A DNA stretch of 16,675 nucleotides from the NCBI GenBank assembly GCA_043228905.1, contig JBHGNT010000730.1, forward strand, positions 1 through 16,675, in the 5' to 3' direction. Of this stretch, positions 8,725 through 16,675 are shown piece by piece. The stretch comes from Azolla caroliniana (taxonomy: Eukaryota; Plantae; Polypodiophyta). Within the stretch, counting starts at the first letter, position 1, and every line of letters starts with the position of its first letter. A program made the translations under genes and the position numbers. The notes below the pieces were generated by a model. That model saw only the letters and a program-made list of their open reading frames with translations. It did not search any database and was not told where the DNA came from.

Positions 8725-9179
8725 TGTTGGCCGGAGGCCAAAGTATGAAAGACAAGTGGGGTATGAGTTGGAAGCAAAAAGTATTAGTAATTAATTAGCT
8801 AAAATTAAAATTGGAATGGACGGATCTAGAAGAGTTGCAATGATCCGAATCCGGACCGATCCGTAGCCGGTTGCCAGTATGGCACCGTTTTGCAACCAGA
8901 ACTGGATTCCTATAAAAGGATCCGAAAAATGATGTATTAAGTGTGAGGGAATGAATGAGTAAAATTTTCTTTGAGAATATTGTGTACCTTCTGTTTTGTG
9001 CATATGGTTCTGTCTTACGTACGGCATCAATCTATGTATGTTGTTAATCCGGAACCGACCCGGAAATAGTCGGATATAATTATAATTTCTGCCAAAAGGA
9101 TAACCCCGTAACCACCCCTTTGGTGAAGTGATCCAAAAGGATACCCTGTGTTAGTCGCTAGTCCGGCCTAGGATTAACA
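8725..9179 (+). mobile_element. Solo LTR (455 bp) with 5-bp target-site duplication GGGGT
   Basis: Begins TGTTGG and ends TTAACA; GGGGT at 8720-8724 and 9180-9184. Removing it with one TSD copy restores the Copia frame ...FDVPLMRSP-QVKKALTSANEKL. TATAAAA at 8911-8917 suggests + orientation. Confidence 0.93.
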
Positions 9180-9439
9180 GGGGTGACCTCATAAGAGGCA
9201 CATCAAAGGCACCTAACTCATTGTCGAGTGAGTGAGTGGATTGGTTGTCGTCGAATTGATCATCTTCATATTCTAACATTTTGGCCTTGTCTTTGTTCAT
9301 CTTCGGACTTGGCCGAGATGTGCTTTGGTCGCTCGGGGGCTCTTGTTGCCCACTGAGCCTCGTTGTGATCGGACTTTCTTGGAACATATGGCTTAGTCGA
9401 TTTTTGTTTTCAATCTCTTGGTTGGCCAATTTTAGGTCG

Positions 9440-10295
9440 ACTGGAAATGATTCGGGAGGATTCGGCTCGGGTTTGTTCCATCATGTCGATTCGTCGAAAA
9501 CGACGTCCTGACTCACTCGAACTTTCCGAGTAGATGGATTATAGCACTCTTACCCCTTTTGCTCTAGTGAGTACCCCACGATGATGCACTTCTCGGATTT
9601 TGAACCGAATATCCTTACATGGGATAGATCTGGTTTCCTTCCATAATACTTCTCGTGTGGGGTTACATCGTGCACTCCAGATGTTGTGCACCGATTCATG
9701 AGGTAGACGGTAGTATTTGCAGCTTCCGCCAATATGACTTGGGCATATGCTTCTTGTTTAGCATGGCCCTTGCTACTTCGAGGATGTGCCAATTCTTGCA
9801 TTCGGTTACACCGTTCTATTGCGGTGTGTGTCAGCAAGTGAATTCTCGTTGAATTCCTACTTGTTGAAGGTATGTCATGAACACATTGAATAAGTATTCG
9901 ATTCCTCCATCCAATCGAAGACATCATACATGGAGGCCAGTTGTCTTTTCAAATTCACTTTAGAATTTTTGGAAGTGTGTAAACACTTCACACTTCATCC
10001 TCATGGGAAAGATCCGTGTATCTAGAGAAGTCGTCGATGAAGGTAACATAGTACCGACATCCTCCGAATGTGGTCGTCTCTGTCGGTCCCCACACATCCG
10101 AGTGGACTATGTCCAATAGGCCTTCGCTCACGTTCCTCTCTTCCAGGAATGGGTACCGATGTTGCTTGCCGAATTAGCATGCTCCACATACTCCATTGAT
10201 TTCCTTTTCTTTAAATGTAGGGAGTCCGATGACTACTCCTTTTGGTTGCATCCCCTTGAGCTTTTAGCGGTTGATATGGCTGATTCTTTTGTGTC
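9440..10295 (-). pseudogene. pol: Copia GAG-pre-integrase and integrase core, fragmented
   Basis: Hand translation gives HKRISHIN, VCGAC*FGKQHR, DIVHSDVWGP...GGCRYYVTFIDDFSR, AEAANTTVYLMNR...TPHEKYYGRKPDLSHVRIFGS and KSEKCIIVGYSLEQKG. Confidence 0.93.
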
Positions 10296-11110
10296 ATAGC
10301 TCTATGTAAGTGCCCGCTTTGAGGCCCTTTACAAACATGGCCGATTTCACCTCATTCGACTCGAGGATAAACATTTGACCTTCCCTTGGACCCTGAACGA
10401 TGAGTCGGCCTCCCATCTCGATGAAGCAACCACCTTGGTTGAATCTAACTTGCATCCCTTGCTCCACAATTTGGCCGACTGAGACCAAATTTTTCGTTAT
10501 GGTCGGTACATGCAAGACATTTTTTATGCAAGTTTGTTCGCCATTTTTCCTGAATGGGACATTGCCGACATGCTGAATAGGATGAGTAGTGTCATCTCCG
10601 GTCTCGACATAACCGAGTTGATCTTATTCTGGAAGGTCTTGGAACCATTCTTGATGGGACGGCATATGGTTCGAGGCACCAGAGTCGACAAACCATATAT
10701 ATCTTCCGGATTGGAGGCACTAGTCGAAGTAGAGGTTGACATAGAATTTGCTCTATGTCTCATTACGAACATTTTGCCATGGTCTTCATAGTCAGAGTTG
10801 GTGGTGTAATTTGCGAGTTGTCGGCTTGTGGAATTCGACTCACGCTTTTTCTTTCGGTACTCTTCTTCGTGGTGACTGAGTATACCACAATATCTGCATT
10901 CAATTGGATTGTTTTGTCGGTTTCGGCCGTCATGGAAACTCCCCCTTCTTCTGAACATTCCTCATATGTTTACGTTGTCTTGCCGAAATTGGGAGTTGAT
11001 TTCATAGATCAGATCTTATCCACCTTGTCCTTGGCCGAATCAGCCTCTTGCTCAATCCCGTCCTCTTCCTCCGTTCAAATGTGTGTAGAGCATGTGACCT
11101 TCCGAAGCCT
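10296..11110 (-). pseudogene. gag-pol: Copia Gag C-terminus (RG-rich region, degenerate CCHC) and protease region
   Basis: MLYTHLNGGRGR, CRYCGILSHHEEEY (knuckle with the last Cys lost), WFVDSGASNHM near 10660-10696, LHVPTITKNLVSVGQIVEQG. Confidence 0.92.
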
Positions 11111-11150
11111 TGTCGTAAAGATTTTCGCCAACGGTGTGAAAATTGAATGG

Positions 11151-11574
11151 AATGTACAAAATCGAGTGTGGTTCTTCACACACAACATAAAACAAGAATA
11201 TTTTAATATCTTGGTTCAAAAAGATAGAGATCTTCAAGAGCTTTCAAATACACTTTACCACATTAGAAATGAACAACTAAGTGGCAAGTTATGTGGGTAT
11301 GAAGTTTGCGAAGAAGAAGAGAAAAAAACAAAACTACTAGATATCCCACATAGACAAGACAAAATGTACAAAATCGAGTGTGGTTCTTCACACACAACAT
11401 AAAACAAGAATATTTTAATATCTTGGTTCAAAAAGATAGAGGTCTTCAAGAGCTTTCAAATACACTTTACCACATTAGAAATGAACAACTAAGTGGCAAG
11501 TTATGTGGGTATGAAGTTTGCGAAGAAGAAGAGAAAAAAACAAAACTACTAGATATCCCACATAGACAGGACAA
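11151..11574. repeat. Tandem duplication, 212-bp unit, 2 copies
   Basis: AATGTACAAAATCGAGTGTGG at 11151 and 11363; two substitutions seen by eye. Confidence 0.96.
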
Positions 11575-12057
11575 ATAAGGATCCCAGAGTATATAAGCAG
11601 GGCCAAAATCTACTGCTTTGTGTCTATGAGTGGATCATAGAATGTTCAAGGTGACTTGAGTTAAACTAACTGGATTAATGGGTGTGGCCTAATTACTTTT
11701 AAAGGTTTTGGCTACCAGGAACCGGGCGACGACCAAGACGGAGGCGGCGAGGCGGCGACCGAGACTGGGACCAGATGGCGACCGATAGGATCGGATTGAA
11801 CCAGTCGGTTGATCGTGGATCGAGATCGGATTGAACCGGTGTCGTGATGTGGCGTGCTCGAGGGTGGGAAAAACCAGCAAAAGGGGGGGTCAAAAATGTG
11901 CATGTGCAATGTGTGTGCACACAAAATCGATTAATTGTGCATATGCAAAATAAAAAGGAAAAGAAAGGGTGAAAAGGAGGTATAAAAGCTCGTGCAAAAA
12001 GTAAGAGAGAGGAGAGATAAAAGGTAGAGGGGAGGCAGGCTATAAATTTATAGAGAT

Positions 12058-13353
12058 AGAATTATATATTGTATAAGAGAGAACTAGTGGGCTAGTGGAT
12101 AGTCACATTAACTACTAACTAGAAGTGCACGGTTCGAATCTAGTCTTATAGTGTAGTGTGATTTAAGGAATTTTATTCCTTTTTCATTGAAGACAAATTT
12201 CGCGACCCCCCTTTCTTTTTTCCTATAAAAGGAGGTCGAGGGGGGCTTATTTGGGAGGACGTTTTGGGAGGAGGAGACTATCGCCAATTTTCCTTCAAAG
12301 CTCTTCATCTCCTTATTCACCACTTCACTTCATCTCATACCCCTTCATCCCTCCATCGCCACGTGCTCGTCTTCTTCATGTCGGCACTCGAAGTGCTCGT
12401 GAGCCCCAAGCTTCGTTGGTTCGATGTTGCTCCGCCCCGTTCGTCGTTGCGAGCCCGTGTGCTCGCCGTTCGGGTGTTCGTGGTTCGTACAGAATTATAT
12501 ATTGTATAAGAGAGAGTTAGTGGGCTAGTGGATAGTCACATTAACTACTAACTAGAGGTGCACGGTTCGAATCTAGTCTTATAGTGTAGTGTGATTTAAG
12601 GAATTTTATTCCTTTTTCATTGAAGACAAATTTGGCGAACCCCCCTTCTTTTTTTCCTATAAAAGGAGGTCGAGGGGGGCTCATTTCGAAGGACGTTTGG
12701 GGAGGAGGAGACTATCACCAATTTTCCTTCAAAGCTCTTCATCTCCTTATTCACCACTTCTCTTCATCTCATACCCCTTCATCCCTCCATGGCCACGTGC
12801 TCGTCTTCTTCGCATCGGCACTCGAAGTGCTCGTGAACCCAAGCTTCGTTGGTTCGACGTTGCTCCACCCCGTTCGTCATTGCGAGCCCGTGTGCTCGCC
12901 GTTCAGGTGTTCGTGGTTCGTACAGAATTATATATTGTATAAGAGAGAGTTAGTGGGCTAGTGGATAGTCACATTAACTACTAACTAGAGGTGCACGGTT
13001 CGAATCTAGTCTTATAGTGTAGTGTGATTAAAGGAATTTTATTCCTTTTTCATTGAAGACAAATTTCACGACCCCCCCTTCTTTTTTCCTATAAAAGGAG
13101 GTCGAGGGGGGCTCATTTCGGAGGACGTTTGGGGAGGAGGAGACTATCACCAATTTTCCTTCAAAGCTCTTCATCTCCTTATTCACCACTTCTCTTCATC
13201 TCATACCCCTTCATCCCTCCATCGTCACGTGCTCGTCTTCTTCGCGCCGGCACTCGAACTGCTCGTGAGCCCAAGCTTCGTTGGTTCGACGTTGCTCCGC
13301 CCCGTTCGTCGTTGCGAGGCCGTGTGCTCGCCGTTCAAGTGTTCGTGGTTCGT
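12058..13353. repeat. Tandem triplication, ~433-bp unit, each copy with a CCTATAAAAGG TATA-like box
   Basis: AGAATTATATATTGTATAAGAGAG at 12058, 12491 and 12924; TATAAAA at 12224, 12658 and 13090. Confidence 0.96.
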
Positions 13354-13588
13354 GGTTCGTTGGGATTGGCATTTTGGTGGTGCTCGTGTGTTCATCTTCG
13401 TCGTGTTCGAATTTGCTTTGTCTCTAAGGGTATTTAATATTTATGTTTTGATTGAGCTTGTGGTTAACTATAAGTTGCCATTGTAAACAAAACCCTATTT
13501 TATAAAGGGTCCTCTTACATTGGAATCGAACACGTATTTATCTTTTTGGTCGATATCATTTGTGTTTCTTTCTCTCCTTTCTTTATTC

Positions 13589-14218
13589 GTGTCTTCCTTG
13601 TACTTTCGGCCGTCTTGCAACGAGGGGACCATTCGGGCTTGCCCATGCACCTCTCCTCCTCATAAAGGCGTACGAGCATTTTGTGTGTGTGTTTGTGTCT
13701 TCCTTGTACGTTCGATCGTTTTGTGACGAGGGGACCGTTCAGGCTTGCCCATGCACCTCTCCTCCTCATAAAGGCGTACGAGCATTTGTGTGTGTGTTTG
13801 TGTCTTCCTTGTACGTTCGGCCGTCTTGTGACGAGGGGACCGTATGGGCTTGCCCATGCACCTCTCCTCCTCATAAAGGCGTACGAGTATTTTGTGCGTG
13901 TGTTTGTGTCTTCCTTGTACGTTCGACCGTCTTGTGACGAGGGGACCGTTCGGGCTTGCCCATGCACCTCTCCTCCTCATAAAGCTGTACGAGCATTTGG
14001 GTGTGTGTTTGTGTCTTCCTCGTACGTTCGGCCTTCTTGTGAAGAGGGGACCGTTCGGGCTTGCCCATGCACCTCTCCTCCTCATAAAGGCGTACGAGCA
14101 TTTTGTGCATGTGTTTTGTGTCTTCCTCGTATGCTCGACGTCTTGTGACGAGGGAGCGTTCGGGCGTGCCCATGCACCTCTCCTCCTCATAAAGACGTAC
14201 GGACATTCGTGTTTGTGT
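13589..14218. repeat. Tandem array, ~106-bp unit, 6 copies
   Basis: GTGTCTTCCT starts at 13589, 13695, 13800, 13906, 14011 and 14118; invariant core TGCCCATGCACCTCTCCTCCTCATAAAG. Confidence 0.96.
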
Positions 14219-14498
14219 TATCGTCCCCTTGTGCGTTAATGTTGTGTGCTCATCTTGCTTGTACCCGTTTGGTCACTTGGCTCATGCGGCGACCTCGGAA
14301 GGTCGACGAGTCGTGATCAACGAGAGCCACCGACCTCACAAAAAAAAGGGCAACGAGGCCTTGCTCGGGAAGGGGTCGGGAAGTAGTATTGTCGTAAAGC
14401 AAACCTCGGGTCTCCTCTATCCCTTGAGTACTCCCTAGTCCAAGACCCCCGCGGTCCCGCTCAAGTAACACACGTGCGCGAAACTTCGCGACATAAAT

Positions 14499-14516
14499 TG
14501 GTGAACCCGACGTGAA
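14499..14516 (+). promoter_or_regulatory. Primer-binding site of element D, complementary to the tRNA-Trp 3' end
   Basis: TGGTGAACCCGACGTGAA, 5 nt after the LTR end. Its reverse complement TTCACGTCGGGTTCACCA matches the plant cytosolic tRNA-Trp 3' end as I recall it, and it is close to the avian retrovirus tRNA-Trp PBS TGGTGACCCCGACGTGAT. Confidence 0.88.
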
Positions 14517-14538
14517 AGTGCGGCAAGGGAGAACCAAG

Positions 14539-15492
14539 ATGCGAGGAGGAGAACTCCTTGAAGCGATGGCGGCGGCGGTGGACCGCTTGGTAAATGCCCG
14601 AGAAGGCATCATCGGCCTAGACCGAGCCATAGAGACGGTGGTTAGCACAACGGGTCGGTTCAATGGAAGAGATATCACGAGCTACTTGGATGCCTATAAG
14701 GCTGAAATGCTTATGTGAAACGTCCCCGAAGATAGGTGGCTAACCGGATTCGCTAGAGTGGTAACACCGAGTATCCACGCGGAGGAACTCGAGATCCAAG
14801 CGGACTGTTGCAATTGGGTGGAGTTCGAAGAAAGACTCCTCGAGAAGTACAGCCTTGATGACTCACTCAGAATTTCGAAAAGGGATCTAATGGAGTGGGT
14901 TGAGCTTCCCAGCAAGGGGAGAAATACTATGGTACTTTTACAAGAATTTGAGAAGCGCTTCGCGCAACTCTCGACGCTCGATAGGATGGTGCTTGACACA
15001 AGCAAGGTCCTACTATTCATAAAGACTATTGATGCACGAGATCGAGAGAAGGTGGGGTTCCTCCTCGAAACTGATGATGGGCTCACGACGGATTGGGCTA
15101 TGGTAAAACGGGTTTGTAGCCACTTCGATAAGAGAAGGGAATGGAATGACGGGTCTCCGTTGAGCGGCCAAACATCCACAGGCTCCATTAGTGAGACACA
15201 CGAACCTAGGGGTGGTAGTATACCTCAAGAAAGAGAGCAAGCAAATGCAAGGTTCATCCCTGAGAGAAACGTGGTTGAAGCACCGTCGGGAGGGTCGGCA
15301 ATAGACGAGTTCACAAAGATGGTGCAAGATCTCCAAATAGCGCAAGCTAGGAGAGAGAGTGGCGGCCCTCAAGATCGACGTCCCCCGTTCGTGCAAAGAT
15401 GTATGTGGTGCGACAACCCCGACCACCTACGAAGGGAGTGTGGAGACTTTCAAGAGGCCCTAAGAAAGGATATTGTCTATCCTTGGGATTGA
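14539..15492 (+). pseudogene. gag: Element D gag (capsid-like domain plus CCHC knuckle) with a premature TGA at 14716-14718
   Basis: ORFs 14512..14718 and 14758..15492 are in one frame; knuckle CMWCDNPDHLRREC at 15400-15441; homologous to element A Gag. Confidence 0.9.
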
Positions 15493-16675
15493 ATCAAGGC
15501 TGTGGGGGCATGAGAAGGCTAATGGAGGAGGCCGAAGCACGACATGTCGAAGTCGTCCACTACTCGGCGTTCGTTGGGATCCGAGTGGGGAAAGAGGTGA
15601 GGAGGCAAGAGGAGAAAGAGTTTGACTTTTGGCCATCAATCCTTGAAAGCCTCTCTAAGGGGAAGTTCAAAAGAGAAGAAGCGGACGAAGCAGAAAGAAG
15701 GGTCCAAGAGGCAACCGGGTGGAAGGATCCGGTGGAAGAAAAGACAGGCTTAGTGGAAGCCGCTTGCCAAAACTATGAAGTAATGGTAGAAGAGAAGAAG
15801 GTAGGAAATGACGAGGGAGCCGGTCCATCAAGGAAATACGACGCTCGAGGTGCACGAAGAAGGGAAGAGCCGAACCAGTCTCAAGCACGCGATGAGAGAT
15901 GGAAAGAGAAGGGGAACCCCCCCAACTTCAAGCTTTTCTCGGAGATCGAACAAGCAACGGACTTGAAGAAGGTAGTGGAGGAGAGGATCCTCGATAATCG
16001 CGTAGAGTTTACTCTGCGAGAGGTCCTCGGAATTGCCAAGAAAGAATTCCATGAGTTCATCATCGACCTAATGAAGAGGAAGCGGCTCTCAACGGAGCAA
16101 GAAGTGGCAAAACCCGCGATTGTAAATGCATTGTCAATTGAGGTCCCCGAGGAAGACGAAGACTATGCGGACAGTCACTACACGAGGCCGCATTGGGCGA
16201 GAGCGGCAACGGAGACACCTGTACGGGTCGGAGATGTAAAAGAGCTGGTGGTAGCATTGATCGACCATGGCTCTGAGATCAACCTTATGTCCATGGACTT
16301 TTATAAAAAGGGAAAGTGGCTGATCAACACGAAGCACGGGTGGAAGATTAGAACGGCGACCCGAGCAACCGAGGAGCTATACGGGGCTTGCCCGAATGTA
16401 CGTGTGAAGGTGGGGGACGTAGAAATAGATCAACATTTCTTTGTACAAGAGACGTCCTCGCACCCGGTCATCTTGGGTGAACCATACATCACGGCGGCTC
16501 GCATGGAGACGAAGGTGCTAGACAACGGGTTGGCATATGCGAGGGTCAAGAGCCAAGATGGGAAGCATTCGGTCCAATTCCTTACAGTGAGGCCCAACCA
16601 TGAGCGCAATCGAGCCTCCCTCAAAGGGGATAACCAAGAGGATTTTTTATTCGGGCAATTAAAGAGTGGGGCCGC
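15489..16675 (+). CDS. gag-pro: Element D Gag C-terminal region and aspartic protease; open to the window end and absent from the supplied ORF track
   Basis: Hand translation of the frame containing ATG 15510 finds no stop: GGMRRLMEE...FKLFSEIEQATDLKKVVEERILDNRVEFTLREVLGIAKKEFHE...VALIDHGSEINLMS...QHFFVQETSSHPVILGEPYI...NHERNRASLKGDNQEDFLF. A frameshift relative to upstream gag near 15489 is probably a deletion. Confidence 0.9.
   Translation, partial: MNQGCGGMRRLMEEAEARHVEVVHYSAFVGIRVGKEVRRQEEKEFDFWPSILESLSKGKFKREEADEAERRVQEATGWKDPVEEKTGLVEAACQNYEVMVEEKKVGNDEGAGPSRKYDARGARRREEPNQSQARDERWKEKGNPPNFKLFSEIEQATDLKKVVEERILDNRVEFTLREVLGIAKKEFHEFIIDLMKRKRLSTEQEVAKPAIVNALSIEVPEEDEDYADSHYTRPHWARAATETPVRVGDVKELVVALIDHGSEINLMSMDFYKKGKWLINTKHGWKIRTATRATEELYGACPNVRVKVGDVEIDQHFFVQETSSHPVILGEPYITAARMETKVLDNGLAYARVKSQDGKHSVQFLTVRPNHERNRASLKGDNQEDFLFGQLKSGA
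16640..16649 (+). promoter_or_regulatory. Candidate -1 ribosomal frameshift slippery site after the protease
   Basis: G GAT TTT TTA gives the overlapping heptamers G_GAU_UUU and U_UUU_UUA, both correctly phased to the protease frame. Confidence 0.45.

Larger units (their letters stand above)
7091..11110 (-). mobile_element. Element C: decayed Ty1/Copia retrotransposon internal region; both ends displaced by later insertions
   Basis: Domain order zinc knuckle, protease, GAG-pre-integrase, integrase, RT, RNase H is diagnostic of Copia. Numerous stops, frameshifts and small deletions. Confidence 0.97.
11111..14493 (+). repeat. 5' LTR region of element D (3383 bp if a single LTR; possibly two nested LTRs with a junction at 11839/11840)
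   Basis: The right end is fixed by ...CGCGACA plus the PBS. The left end is an imperfect inverted match to the right end and resembles the start of LTR A (TGTCGTGAAGAATTTTGGCCA vs TGTCGTAAAGATTTTCGCCA). Confidence 0.65.
11111..16675 (+). mobile_element. Element D: Ty3/Gypsy LTR retrotransposon, 5' part (large LTR region, tRNA-Trp PBS, gag, protease); runs off the right edge
   Basis: Copia coding sequence stops abruptly at 11110, where TGTCGTAAAG begins. LTR end ...CTTCGCGACA at 14493, then PBS, gag, CCHC and a DHGS protease. Alternative LTR start at 11840. Confidence 0.85.

Noticed and set aside
8812-9075. GGATCC/CCGG-rich short repeats suggesting a MITE
   Set aside because: They lie inside the unit bounded by TG...CA and a 5-bp TSD, which fits a solo LTR better; no long terminal inverted repeats.
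10755-11402. 215-aa plus-strand ORF
   Set aside because: It spans the Copia/LTR junction at 11110/11111, so it is a chance chimera of antisense gag and LTR sequence.
12108-13486. Three near-identical small ORF sets (e.g. GRRRLSPIFLQSSSSPYSP)
   Set aside because: They are translations of the 433-bp LTR triplication, with no evidence of coding function.
13482-13535. ...CTCTTACA followed by TTGGAATCGAAC as an extra LTR end with a tRNA-Met PBS
   Set aside because: Poor match to TGGTATCAGAGC, no coding region follows, and no matching TSD was found.
13589-14218. CRISPR-like array (regularly spaced conserved core)
   Set aside because: The sequence between cores is also repeated, so there are no unique spacers; no cas genes; eukaryotic LTR context.
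13515-14239. Multiple 110-176 aa ORFs on both strands with repeated peptides
   Set aside because: By-products of the 105/106-bp tandem array read through shifting frames; no domain signal.
14390-14399. TGTCGTAAAG, identical to 11111-11120, as the LTR D start
   Set aside because: It would give a 104-bp LTR with no promoter, and similarity ends after 10 nt; treated as chance or an uninterpretable relic.

Overview
The whole window is eukaryotic, almost certainly land-plant, transposon-rich DNA. A non-seed plant such as a moss is plausible, but that is inference. No host gene, RNA gene or CRISPR array is supported. It is a nest of at least five LTR-retrotransposon insertions. A decayed Ty1/Copia element (C, 7091-11110, minus) is the landing pad. 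It is interrupted by a 455-bp solo LTR with a perfect 5-bp TSD (8725-9179). At its RNase H end it is cut by a decayed Ty3/Gypsy element B (4358-7090, minus; tRNA-Arg-like PBS, three zinc knuckles, protease). In its gag it is cut by a Ty3/Gypsy element D (11111 to window end, plus; tRNA-Trp PBS, gag, zinc knuckle, protease, candidate -1 slippery site, and a ~3.4-kb LTR region inflated by three tandem arrays). Element B is itself cut by element A (window start to 4357, minus). A shares D's tRNA-Trp PBS, a 31-nt U5 motif and the Gag N-terminal domain. In place of zinc knuckle and protease, A carries ~2.9 kb built from a reiterated peptide module. The A/D pair, a possible gag-only dependent element and its helper family, is the most interesting observation.
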